Positions 1-8,960 of a DNA stretch of 30,440 bases are shown piece after piece. The notes under the pieces are model-generated. The model saw only the letters and a list, made by a program, of their open reading frames with translations. It was not told the origin of the DNA and ran no database searches. Positions within the stretch are counted from its first letter, which is position 1. Every line of letters begins with the position of its first letter. Origin of the DNA: Candidatus Sigynarchaeum calidifontis (GTDB taxonomy: Archaea; Asgardarchaeota; Lokiarchaeia; Sigyniarchaeales; Sigyniarchaeaceae); contig JAUQYZ020000165.1 in NCBI GenBank assembly GCA_030587475.2, positions 1-30,440 on the forward strand. Direction: 5' to 3'. Position numbers and translations under genes: made by a program.

Positions 1-287
1 AACCTCTGGTCGGCGATTTCATCTCCCGTTAACTGCTTTTCCTGTTGTGTGGCAGCCGAAGCGATGTCGCCGATATACTTCGCGGAAATTTGCTTGACCA
101 CGCGCGCCTGGAACGGTATGGATTGGCGCCGCAGTGCCATCGACATGATCGCACCTGCCGAGATCCCGTCCGCGTCGTGATGCGTCACGAGAAACACTGT
201 TGCCTTCTCGTGTTCGAGCTTTTTGAGGAACTGGTCCTTGATCTTGCCTATATAATCAAGAAACCCGTTGTAATCGGGTGCTGACAC
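1..287 (-). CDS. DHH-family phosphoesterase, GAN/RecJ/Cdc45-like (5' part; runs off left edge)
   Basis: Not in the ORF track. Manual translation from GTG at 287 (in-frame TGA upstream, GGAG just upstream): MSAPDYNGFLDYIGKIKDQFLKKLEHEKATVFLVTHHDADGISAGAIMSMALRRQSIPFQARVVKQIS... It has DHH motif I (H-x-DADG) and the F-x4-VKQ segment seen in archaeal GINS-associated nucleases. Confidence 0.8.
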   Translation of the reverse strand, partial: MSAPDYNGFLDYIGKIKDQFLKKLEHEKATVFLVTHHDADGISAGAIMSMALRRQSIPFQARVVKQISAKYIGDIASAATQQEKQLTGDEIADQR

Positions 288-552
288 TCGTGATCTCCCT
301 AACCTTCATGAGCAAGAATGGCGAGCAGGCCATCGCCACGCCAGGCGGGCATTCAACCAGCCGGCCACCGCGGGCATGTTCCCGCCACCTCCGATGCTAG
401 ATATATCTTGGTGTTTGTCCTATATCACGCTTTACAGCTCGTGTTTCTGGTTCCTCGTGGCAACCGCGCCTTCGGGAACAGATCCCACCATTGCATGAAT
501 GTATTTATTTCACGAAGGCGATTTGTCCTAAAGGACACGAGGTCATGAACCG

Positions 553-1545
553 ATGGGAAACATACCAAGCGTGAACACGCTGGCACTCGCTATTTTCATG
601 GACTTGAAATCCAACGCGAGAAATCTTGGCTTGAAAGCGGAGAAATTACCAGCAGGTCCAGTCGTCATCGATGCGACCGGCGGCAACTACGTCGCCGGCG
701 CCAAGATCGGCGAGATCTGCATGGGCGGGCTCGGCAACGTGGAGATCACGAGCATGCGCGTGGACGATATCTACCTGCCCGCGGTGAACGTGCACACGTC
801 CAGCCCGGTCATCTCGTGCATGGCTTCGCAATACGCGGGCTGGCAAGTCAAGGTCAAGGACGAGCAATCGGGCAAGAGCTGGAAGGCAATGTCGTCGGGC
901 CCGGCGCGCGCCAGGGCCAGGGTCGAGAAGGAGCTGTTCGAGCGTATCGGCTACGCGGACGAGGCGCAATGCGCCGTGGCCATTTTCGAGACGTCGACAC
1001 CGCCCACGGCCGAGGTCATGGACTACGTGGCAAAGAAATGCAACGTCGATCCCAAGGACACGAACGCCGTGTGGGCGCCGACCAAGTCGATCGTCGGCTC
1101 TGTGCAGATCTCGGCCCGCGTCGTCGAGACCGCCATCCACAAGTTGTTCGAGGTCTCGCACCAGAAGGGGTTCAAGATCGAGGACAAGATCCGCGCGGGT
1201 CATGGCATCGCGCCCATCGCGCCGCTTGCCAAGGACGATCTCAAGGCGATGGGCCGCACCAACGATGCCATCCTCGCCGGCGGGAACGTGAACCTCACGG
1301 TGGATGTCCCGAAAGAGGACGAGGACAAGCTCTGGGAGGTCATGGCCAGCGTGCCATCGTCCACGGCTAAAGGATACGGCGAACCATTCTACACGGCATT
1401 CAAGGCCGTGGAGTTTGACTTCTACAAGATCGACCCGGGCATCTTCGCCCCCGCCGTCGTGATCGTGAACAATATACAAACAGGCAAGGCAAAAGTCTTC
1501 GGCAAGCTCGACGCAGAATTGCTCAAGAAGTCCTTTTTTGACTGA
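553..1545 (+). CDS. mch: Methenyl-tetrahydromethanopterin cyclohydrolase
   Basis: Mch signature segments ICMGGLG, CMASQYAGW, SGPARA, APTxSIVGSVQISARVVETAIHKL, MGRTNDAIL and DFYKIDPGIFAPA; 330 aa. Confidence 0.95.
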   Translation: MGNIPSVNTLALAIFMDLKSNARNLGLKAEKLPAGPVVIDATGGNYVAGAKIGEICMGGLGNVEITSMRVDDIYLPAVNVHTSSPVISCMASQYAGWQVKVKDEQSGKSWKAMSSGPARARARVEKELFERIGYADEAQCAVAIFETSTPPTAEVMDYVAKKCNVDPKDTNAVWAPTKSIVGSVQISARVVETAIHKLFEVSHQKGFKIEDKIRAGHGIAPIAPLAKDDLKAMGRTNDAILAGGNVNLTVDVPKEDEDKLWEVMASVPSSTAKGYGEPFYTAFKAVEFDFYKIDPGIFAPAVVIVNNIQTGKAKVFGKLDAELLKKSFFD

Positions 1546-1574
1546 AAAAGTAGAAAATCAAATTATTTTCTTTT

Positions 1575-2654
1575 CTACAGCAATATAAACAACAAGCAGA
1601 TGCCGATGGCGAGCGAGTAGAGCCCGATCCCGATGAAGATCGACATGGGGAGCCCGGGCATGATCTTGTTTTTTTTGACGAGCTCGAACGAGATCCGCGC
1701 ACCTATCAATATTCCAACTACTGCCGCGGCGAACGGGATGATGTACAAGAAATAATTTCCAGACACCGCGACTAGCCAGGGACCACCCCATTCCGTGCTT
1801 ATGAGGGTGATGCTCGTGAGCATGGAATAAAAAGCCAGGTCGCCGATGCCGATGTCGATGATGATGTCGTCGATATCCGCTCCGGTCAAGTCCCCGCTGC
1901 TTTCGCCCGGGTCTGCATGCTGCATCATCTCCTTGATGGGACCCTTTCGGACCGAGTAGATGTCGTAGATCGCGAACCCCATGAGGATGATGAGGGAGGT
2001 CCACGTCCCGATGAGCGATGCGAGGTAGCTGCCAATGAGAATACCAAAGATCACGACGACGATGTTGTGGATGCCTTGTCTTTTGGCATACTTGGGTGAC
2101 GCGTAAAGCCACACTAGACAGAACGTGATGCAGAACGATGCGGCCATCCACACGTACGACCACGCGATATCCAAATTCTGGTTAAACAAGTTGATGTCGA
2201 TGATCACGAGCACATACTCGCCATAGATATAAATGATAAACGTGCCCAGCACGAGAAATGCCAAAGTCAAGACCTTCTCCAGGGCGTTGATACCCTTTTT
2301 CCTGACAATCTTGATGAGGATGAACGCAGCAACCGCCCCGATCCCGATGAAGACGATGGCGTCGATGAGGCTGGCACCAACGCCAAGGCTAGGATCCGCG
2401 ATCTGGTACTTCGGCAGCAGCGCCACCCCTACATTGAGGCATATTGAAAGCAAACCTGCCCCCACGATGCAAATGACGATGGGCACCCAGAGCCGCTTGG
2501 GACTTGTCGAGTACACGGGCAGCTTGGGCCCGCGCCTCTCGCCTTCGTCATCCATGTTGTCGGGGGACGGAGTGTCAACCGTGTCTGCATCACGATGACC
2601 GGAAACGCCACCCGGGGCGCCTGGCTCCCCGCTATCACCAGTAAACGTGCTCAT
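1575..2654 (-). CDS. Presenilin-family (A22) intramembrane aspartyl protease
   Basis: About 9 hydrophobic segments, YD (IYDIYSV), GxGD (IGIGDLAFYS) and a PAL-equivalent PGLP near the C-terminus. Confidence 0.9.
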   Translation of the reverse strand: MSTFTGDSGEPGAPGGVSGHRDADTVDTPSPDNMDDEGERRGPKLPVYSTSPKRLWVPIVICIVGAGLLSICLNVGVALLPKYQIADPSLGVGASLIDAIVFIGIGAVAAFILIKIVRKKGINALEKVLTLAFLVLGTFIIYIYGEYVLVIIDINLFNQNLDIAWSYVWMAASFCITFCLVWLYASPKYAKRQGIHNIVVVIFGILIGSYLASLIGTWTSLIILMGFAIYDIYSVRKGPIKEMMQHADPGESSGDLTGADIDDIIIDIGIGDLAFYSMLTSITLISTEWGGPWLVAVSGNYFLYIIPFAAAVVGILIGARISFELVKKNKIMPGLPMSIFIGIGLYSLAIGICLLFILL

Positions 2655-2678
2655 GTGTGGATCAAAGGTTCCCTTCCA

Positions 2679-2686
2679 TTATAAAA
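2679..2686 (-). promoter_or_regulatory. Putative TATA box (TTTTATAA) for the presenilin gene
   Basis: Lies 25-32 nt upstream of the ATG at 2654, the spacing expected for an archaeal leaderless transcript. Confidence 0.45.
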
Positions 2687-2789
2687 TCGAGCATGACAAG
2701 GCAATGTAACCTCGTATTGATCTTGGTAATCCTTTTTTTGTTGTAGCCAGACCGATCCTCTTGAAATCGACTCTATCGAGGTTTCCTCA

Positions 2790-5153
2790 ATGCTATTCGA
2801 CACGCTCACGGACATCTACGTCTTTTTCCTGGACAACTTGAAAGTCATGATCACCACGAACTTGCTCGTCGCGTGTGTAGCAAGGGCGGTATTCGTGTTT
2901 TTCTTCAGCCTGGATTATATCACGATCGTCCGGGGGAAGGATACCCCACTCGCAGTCAAGGAACTGCGCAAGATGGGCGTGGCGGACTGGGCGTGGTTTT
3001 TCACCAAGGAGGCATTGCTCATCGGCGTGGGCTTCATGCACATGGTTTTCGCGATCGCGATCGCCGGGTACTCGCTCATGCTCGCGGGCTCGCACGTGGT
3101 CGCTTGCGCGAAGAGGAGCAAGTTCAAGATAAATCTCGTCTTCGCTTGGATCATCGCTATACTCGCAAAATACGCGGTGCCTGTTCTCGGGATCCTCGCG
3201 GCGATTGTCATGATCTACCTGGACACGGATCCATCGGCGTGGAACATCTTGGGTGGGGCAGCTCTAGCCATCGCCGCGTTCTCGACGCGGTCGGTCGCAG
3301 CTCTGGTCTTGAGGCAGCGAGGCTCGCGAGAATTATCGATGGAAACCGCACTGCAAGCCGCCAAGCGCCGCATCGCGGGCAAGATCCCGAGGATATTCAA
3401 GGTCGTGCTTATCGCGTGCATTTTCACGTTCCCGGTGGGCTTCTATTTTTATCTTGATGCGAACGCCGGTATCCAATACTGGACGGAGACAATTACAACA
3501 CCAGATGGCATTCAACTTTCGACGGACGTGTACCGTTTGAAGTCCGCAACGGGTCCCCAACCCGTGCTACTCGTGCGGCACCCGTACGACAAGGGAGACA
3601 TGGTTTCTCGCGGAAAAGAAGTCTATCCATTCTTGTTGCAAGGCTTCACGGTCGTCTATCAAGACCAGCGTGGCCGGTATGATTCGAGCGGGAAATTCAT
3701 CCCGTTCATCGATGATTACAAAGATGGTGCGCTCACGGTCTCCTGGATCAAGAACCAGCCGTGGTGCAACGGCAAGATCGCATCGTTTGGCGGCTCCGCG
3801 GGAGCAATCAACCAGTATTTTTACGCCGACGAGCCGACTGGCGCGCTCAAGTTCCAGACCTTGCTCGTTGGCTCGCCTGAGTACTACGATTACATGATTT
3901 TCCAAGGCGGGGCATTCCGCAAGGGCATGATCGAGTCGTGGCTCTACATGATCAGCGAATCGAACAAGCCCAAGCGGCCGACCGAGTACAGCGATGCCAT
4001 CGCGTGGTACTTCGGGCACCCGCTCAAGGACAACGCATGGAACGGCACGTCGCTCTCGTTAAATAACAGGTACGCGAACGTGAAAGTAAGCGCGCTGCAC
4101 GTTGGAGGCTGGTATGACATTTTTAGCCAAGGGACGCTCGATGGCTTCGTGGGCTACAATTATAACGGTGCCGCGTCCGCGCTGGGCAAGCAGCGCTTGG
4201 TCATGGGGCCGATCGGGCATGGAAAATTCGGGGAACTGAGCGCCGCCTTTAACCACGCGTCCACCCTCAGGTTCCCGGATGCCGATGCCAGCCGACACGC
4301 GAACTGGGAGGCCGAGATGCGAAACGCGGCCATCTTTGGAGGGGACATTAATTGGTCGGGCCCCCGCGTTGCATATTACTTGATGGGCGACGTGAATGAT
4401 CCTTCGAGCACGGCGAACAAGTGGTATTACGCAAACGACTGGCCCGTGCCGCATTCGGATACAACATATTACCTCCATGGAAACCGGTCGCTTGCCACTG
4501 TCGTGCCGGGCACGAACCAGACCATATCTTACGTGTACGATCCAGATGATCCAGTACCGACACGCGGCGGGAATAACCTGATCTCGACGGTTGCCTCCTT
4601 GGAGCCCGATGCCTTGGGACTTCCCCAAGGTGGCCGGGTGCTGCAGTACGAAGGTATAGGGCCTTACGACCAGCAAGCCGCCGGGAACCTCGGCCGTTCG
4701 GACGTGATCGTGTTCCAGTCCCCGGTATTAACTGCACCCGTTTCTGTCGTCGGACGGGTCATGGTGAACTTGTGGATTGCTTCAAATTGCTCTGACACCG
4801 CTTTCACGGCGATGTTGATGGACCAGTTCCCAAATGGCAGCTGTTATAACGTGCTCGATGGCATCGCCGTTACTAGATATCGGGAGGGTTATGACCACGT
4901 GGCCTCGGATCTCCAGGACGGCCGATATTACAAGATCTCCATCGATCTCTGGAGCACGGCATGGCAATTCAACACGGGACATCGCATCAAGATCGCCATC
5001 AGTTCAAGCAATTATCCACGCTTCGAACGCCATCCCAACAACAGCTTGCCGCTCACGAACCACCCGGGCAGCTTCAACGTCGCACGCAACACGATACTGT
5101 GCGGTACTGGGATGTACAACGCGTCGATCGTGCTGCCGACCGTCGTTCTATGA
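2790..5153 (+). CDS. CocE/NonD-family (S15-like) serine hydrolase with N-terminal multi-TM anchor
   Basis: DGIQLSTDVY, PVLLVRHPY, QDQRGRYDSSG, WIKNQPWCNGKI, nucleophile elbow GGSAG, GGWYD, GPIGH, and a PepX_C-like C-terminus (YDPDDPVPTRGG, GHRIKIAISSSNYPRF). The first ~220 aa are hydrophobic. Confidence 0.87.
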   Translation: MLFDTLTDIYVFFLDNLKVMITTNLLVACVARAVFVFFFSLDYITIVRGKDTPLAVKELRKMGVADWAWFFTKEALLIGVGFMHMVFAIAIAGYSLMLAGSHVVACAKRSKFKINLVFAWIIAILAKYAVPVLGILAAIVMIYLDTDPSAWNILGGAALAIAAFSTRSVAALVLRQRGSRELSMETALQAAKRRIAGKIPRIFKVVLIACIFTFPVGFYFYLDANAGIQYWTETITTPDGIQLSTDVYRLKSATGPQPVLLVRHPYDKGDMVSRGKEVYPFLLQGFTVVYQDQRGRYDSSGKFIPFIDDYKDGALTVSWIKNQPWCNGKIASFGGSAGAINQYFYADEPTGALKFQTLLVGSPEYYDYMIFQGGAFRKGMIESWLYMISESNKPKRPTEYSDAIAWYFGHPLKDNAWNGTSLSLNNRYANVKVSALHVGGWYDIFSQGTLDGFVGYNYNGAASALGKQRLVMGPIGHGKFGELSAAFNHASTLRFPDADASRHANWEAEMRNAAIFGGDINWSGPRVAYYLMGDVNDPSSTANKWYYANDWPVPHSDTTYYLHGNRSLATVVPGTNQTISYVYDPDDPVPTRGGNNLISTVASLEPDALGLPQGGRVLQYEGIGPYDQQAAGNLGRSDVIVFQSPVLTAPVSVVGRVMVNLWIASNCSDTAFTAMLMDQFPNGSCYNVLDGIAVTRYREGYDHVASDLQDGRYYKISIDLWSTAWQFNTGHRIKIAISSSNYPRFERHPNNSLPLTNHPGSFNVARNTILCGTGMYNASIVLPTVVL

Positions 5154-5169
5154 ACCCAACCCATGGCCC

Positions 5170-5184
5170 TTCTTTTCCTTTTTT
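5170..5184 (+). terminator. Oligo-T archaeal terminator candidate
   Basis: TTCTTTTCCTTTTTT about 16 nt after the CocE stop codon. Confidence 0.45.
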
Positions 5185-5232
5185 CACGCGTGCAGAAACG
5201 AATTATAGCAAGTACTACTTGTCATCCGTGGC

Positions 5233-5877
5233 ATGCAGACCGGGGACTTGACGCGCATCGAATTACAACTCGTCGTGTTCGGGCAAGCACAGGTGCAGCT
5301 CGAGCGGCACTTGAAGGAGAGGCTCCAAGACGTGTTCGGTGCCAACGGCGCATCGCTGGACATCTACATTTCCCATTATGCCCGGATCGACGGCTCGTTC
5401 GACGTGGATCGCCAGCAACATGCCAGCGGCCCGTACTTGCAGTTTCTCGACGCGTTCAACCCGAACGAGCCGCATTCGATCAAGCTCGGGGTCATCGACG
5501 AGGACTTGTATTCTGACTCCCACCCGTCCCTTAATTTCATCTTCGGAGAAGCGCGGGTGGGCGGCGATAGCGGTATCATCTCCACCGCGCGGCTCGACCC
5601 GCGCTTTTATAGGCTGCCGTACCGCGAGAAGCTGTACTTCGACCGTGCCGTGAAGGAAGCAGTGCACGAGCTCGGTCACGTTTTGGGCCTGGCGCATTGC
5701 AATGACGTGCGGTGCATCATGCACTTCTCGAATTGCATCGAGGATACCGACATCAAGCATGTCCAGCCTTGCATCTCGTGCGCGGGAAACTTGAAGGGAA
5801 ACGTGAAAAAAAGGGGAAAGTTGCGGGTCACTCGTGCACCGGGATCTGAACCAGGCTCACGATCTTGTAATTCTTGA
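5233..5877 (+). CDS. amzA: Archaemetzincin (M54 zinc metalloprotease)
   Basis: NFIFGEA, ISTARL, KEAVHELGHVLGLAHCNDVRCIMHFS (HExxHxxGxxH plus Cys4 zinc site), and D-x-K...CxxC. Confidence 0.87.
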   Translation: MQTGDLTRIELQLVVFGQAQVQLERHLKERLQDVFGANGASLDIYISHYARIDGSFDVDRQQHASGPYLQFLDAFNPNEPHSIKLGVIDEDLYSDSHPSLNFIFGEARVGGDSGIISTARLDPRFYRLPYREKLYFDRAVKEAVHELGHVLGLAHCNDVRCIMHFSNCIEDTDIKHVQPCISCAGNLKGNVKKRGKLRVTRAPGSEPGSRSCNS

Positions 5878-6367
5878 GCTGGTCGCGGCCGTGGAGCGTG
5901 CCCGTGAGCTCTATGACGCAACCGATGCCTGCCACCACGCCGCCGAGTTTTTCAACCAGCTTCGTGGCGGCGAGGAACGTCCCGCCCGTCGCGAGCAAGT
6001 CGTCGATGACGAGGATGCGGTCACCCTTGCTGATCGCGTCGACGTGCACCTCGATCGCGTCCTTGCCGTACTCGAGTGAATATTCTGCCCGCTCCGTTTT
6101 CGCCGGGAGCTTGCCTGGCTTGCGGGCAAGGATAACGCCCTTGCCTAGCTTGAGCGCGATGCCCGTTGCGAAGACGAAGCCCCGGGATTCGATGCCGATC
6201 ACCTTGTCCACCTTCGCGTCCTTGAACGCGCTGGCAAGGTCGTTCACGGCGTTTTCCAGTCCCTTGGGATCCTTGATGAGCGTCGTGATATCCTTGAATT
6301 GGATGCCCTTTTTGGGGAAATCGGGCACGTTGCGGATGAGTTTTTCGTAATATTCTGGTTTTTGCAT
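5828..6367 (-). CDS. apt: Adenine phosphoribosyltransferase
   Basis: IRNVPDFPKKGIQFKDITTL, GIESRGF, RKPGKLP, YSLEYG and the PRPP motif VIDDLLATGGT. Confidence 0.95.
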   Translation of the reverse strand: MQKPEYYEKLIRNVPDFPKKGIQFKDITTLIKDPKGLENAVNDLASAFKDAKVDKVIGIESRGFVFATGIALKLGKGVILARKPGKLPAKTERAEYSLEYGKDAIEVHVDAISKGDRILVIDDLLATGGTFLAATKLVEKLGGVVAGIGCVIELTGTLHGRDQLKNYKIVSLVQIPVHE

Positions 6368-6395
6368 GATTCTCGTCTCTTCACTTTTTTTTTGT

Positions 6396-7262
6396 TCACA
6401 AGATCGCGCCGAGCAGTGACTTCCCGCAGTTGCAGTGGCGCTCCTTCGGGATGTTGGGGATCGCGATCTCGATGAGTTTTTTCAAGTTCTTGGCGTTATG
6501 TTCCATGGTCTCGAGGATCTCGTCGACCGACACGGCGAGGGGCTTGATCGGCCCGCTGCACGTGGGGCAAGCCGGGCCGATGGGCACGACGCCGCACTTG
6601 GGACAAGAGGCGGCCCACACGTCGAGGTCGGTGACGGTCGCGATCGTGCTGTAACACATGGAGAGCTCGGCCGCGAGCACGACCTCAGGGTAAACCGTCA
6701 TGCCGATGACGTCGGCACCCCACTGGTGGAATACCTTTGACTCGGCACGGGTCGAGAACCGAGGCCCCTCGATGCAAACATACGTGCCGCCGTTGACGAT
6801 CTTCTTGAGCCCCGTTACTTTCTTGCCGGCTTCGTAGAATATCTTGTTCAACTCGGGACAGAACGGGTCTGACTGGGAAATATGACATACTTGGCCACCT
6901 TCATAGAACGTGTCGAGTCGCTTGCGCGTGCGGTCGATGTATTGGTCGACGATGACGAAATCGCCCTTGTCGAGCTCCTTGCGGAGCGAACCGACTGCGC
7001 ATGGCGAGAAGACGCGCGTCACGCCGAGCTCTTTTAAGGCCCACAAGTTCGCCCGGTAATTCAACATGTGCGGGGGAATCTGGTGGCCGGGCCCGTGGCG
7101 GGCGAGGAAAGCAACCTTGTGCCCCGCGAAGAATCCCACGTGGACGAAATCGCTCGGCTGGCCGTAAGGTGTGTAAGGTTTCACCTTCTTGACATCCTGG
7201 AGCTCGATGTCCGCGCCGGTGCCGCCGATGATGCCTATCTGAACGTCTTTCGGTACTTCCAT
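6396..7262 (-). CDS. mtnP: S-methyl-5'-thioadenosine phosphorylase (MTAP) with a CxxC..CxxC insertion
   Basis: Start reassigned to the ATG at 7262 (MEVPKDVQIGIIGGTG). Motifs TPYG, ARHG, NYRANLWAL, AVGSL, EGPRFSTRAES, IGMT, TDLD and a C-terminal CxC. Co-oriented upstream of apt, consistent with adenine salvage. Confidence 0.93.
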   Translation of the reverse strand: MEVPKDVQIGIIGGTGADIELQDVKKVKPYTPYGQPSDFVHVGFFAGHKVAFLARHGPGHQIPPHMLNYRANLWALKELGVTRVFSPCAVGSLRKELDKGDFVIVDQYIDRTRKRLDTFYEGGQVCHISQSDPFCPELNKIFYEAGKKVTGLKKIVNGGTYVCIEGPRFSTRAESKVFHQWGADVIGMTVYPEVVLAAELSMCYSTIATVTDLDVWAASCPKCGVVPIGPACPTCSGPIKPLAVSVDEILETMEHNAKNLKKLIEIAIPNIPKERHCNCGKSLLGAIL

Positions 7263-7425
7263 GATTTTATCACACTTTTTGTTTGATGTTGGAAATTCAA
7301 CCGGAGGATTCTTAATGCTTATCTTACAATCTAACCGTGGCCGGCCCCCTTTTTTCTCATGCGAGAAACCGGGAACGGCTTGTATTCTCGTTCCGGGCAT
7401 TGCCGGGCGAGCGGGTGCGTGCATC

Positions 7426-8778
7426 GTGGTGAAACTGGAAACAATAGGCGCATGTCGCGAGGTGGGCCGGTCAGCGTTCAGGCTCACAAGTGCAGAAGGC
7501 GATCAAATCATCCTTGATTATGGTTTGTCGATGAAAGAGGACAGCAAGGAAAATTTCCCCGGAGATGTCGAACCACGAAAGATCAAGGCCGTGATATGCT
7601 CGCACGCGCACATCGATCATTCGGGTGCATTGCCTTACTTTTACATCTCTGCGAGGCCAAATTGTTACATGAGCGCTGCCACGCGCATGCTCGTCAAGTA
7701 TTTACTCGACGACATGCTCAACATCTCCGGCGACAAGTTGCCATTCGAGGATATCGAACTCAAGAACCTCATGCGAACCATCCAGATAATCAACGATTAC
7801 AAGGCATCCATCAAGGTGCCTGGCATGGATGCTTACTTTACCTTCCACGATGCGGGTCACATCCCTGGATCCGTGATGACCGTCGTGTCCATCGACGGGA
7901 AGAACGTGCTTTACACGGGCGACATGAACACGATCGACACGCGCATCCAGTGGGCTGCCAAGCTAACCAAGTTACCGCCTATTGACGCTGTTATCATCGA
8001 AAGCACGTATGCGAAGACGGTACATCCACCTCGATTAGAAACGGAACAAAAATTCGTCCAAGCAATAAACGAAGTACTTGATGGTGGCGGTCAGGTGCTC
8101 ATTCCCGCGTTCGGCGTGGCGCGCAGTCAAGAGATACTCTCGATCTTGCAAGTATATGGCTTGCAGAGAAAGAAAATCATCGTGGACGGCATGGCGCGAG
8201 ACATCTCCACCAATCTTCTCAAGTACCAGGCTGACTTGCGGTCGGTCTACTCGATCGACAAGGTCACGATGGTCAAGACCAACCACACCCGCTCGGATCG
8301 CCAGAAAGCCATGGAAACGGGAGACATTATCATCGCGCCGTCTGGCATGCTCAAGGGCGGGACTGCCAGGTACTACGCGGAGAATTTCCTCGAGGATCCA
8401 AAGAATGCCTTGTTCCTCGTGTCGTTCCAGGTGCCAGGAACGCCGGGTAGGGTGCTCCTGGACGAGCATCGCTACGAGCTAAACCCCGACGAGGAATCCT
8501 ACCAGATGAGGCTGCCGCCCGGGGCACCACGGGGTGCGAAGGTCGAGATCCCCGTGAAAGCCCGCGTGGAGCAGTTCCCTTTTTCCAGCCATAGCGACGG
8601 GCCCGCGCTGATAGCATTCCTCAAAACCCTGCCATATAACAATAACGGCTCAGAGCCGAAGATATTTTGCATCCACGGCGACGCCGATAATTGCGAATAC
8701 CTCGCGTCAACCATCGCGGAGCAGATCAAGGGGGTCACGGCGATCGTGCCGAAGATGGGAGACGAGTTCCAGGTCTGA
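7426..8778 (+). CDS. Beta-CASP metallo-beta-lactamase ribonuclease (aCPSF2-like, no KH domains)
   Basis: Start reassigned to GTG at 7426/7429. Motifs GACREVGRS, SHAHIDHSG, AGHIPGS, YTGD, IIESTY, PAFGVARSQE, FSSHSD and IHGD. Confidence 0.87.
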   Translation: MVKLETIGACREVGRSAFRLTSAEGDQIILDYGLSMKEDSKENFPGDVEPRKIKAVICSHAHIDHSGALPYFYISARPNCYMSAATRMLVKYLLDDMLNISGDKLPFEDIELKNLMRTIQIINDYKASIKVPGMDAYFTFHDAGHIPGSVMTVVSIDGKNVLYTGDMNTIDTRIQWAAKLTKLPPIDAVIIESTYAKTVHPPRLETEQKFVQAINEVLDGGGQVLIPAFGVARSQEILSILQVYGLQRKKIIVDGMARDISTNLLKYQADLRSVYSIDKVTMVKTNHTRSDRQKAMETGDIIIAPSGMLKGGTARYYAENFLEDPKNALFLVSFQVPGTPGRVLLDEHRYELNPDEESYQMRLPPGAPRGAKVEIPVKARVEQFPFSSHSDGPALIAFLKTLPYNNNGSEPKIFCIHGDADNCEYLASTIAEQIKGVTAIVPKMGDEFQV

Positions 8779-8869
8779 AAGAGCCCGGGCGCTTTATCTC
8801 GCGGCAAGTCTGGAGGGAATTCATCGCGCTCGAGGAACGAGTTGTCCATGTTTGTATGAAATAGTATGG

Positions 8870-8897
8870 TTATCATGATAAATCACAAACCTATAAA
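8870..8897 (+). promoter_or_regulatory. Perfect 12-bp palindrome TTATCATGATAA next to a TATA-like CTATAAA
   Basis: Palindrome at 8870-8881, CTATAAA at 8891-8897, in an AT-rich intergenic region upstream of ORF 8961. Confidence 0.45.
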
Positions 8898-8960
8898 CCC
8901 CAAAATTACCCCTCTTACACATAGCCGAGCGATGGTGGCGAGAAGGTACCACTAACTGGA

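Noticed and set aside
288-552. Small ORFs or ncRNA in the GAN-mch intergenic region
   Set aside because: Only a short hairpin (GCGGG-N6-CCCGC) and TATA-like tracts. No tRNA or recognisable RNA fold, so it is consistent with a divergent promoter.
5828-7262. Functional link between mtnP-apt and the MTase cluster via SAM by-products
   Set aside because: MTases release SAH, not MTA. The genes are 9 kb apart and form an ordinary salvage pair.
7261-7487. Apparent head-to-head overlap of mtnP and the beta-CASP gene
   Set aside because: Artefact of longest-ORF calling. Homology starts at 7262 (-) and 7426 (+), leaving a normal divergent intergenic region.
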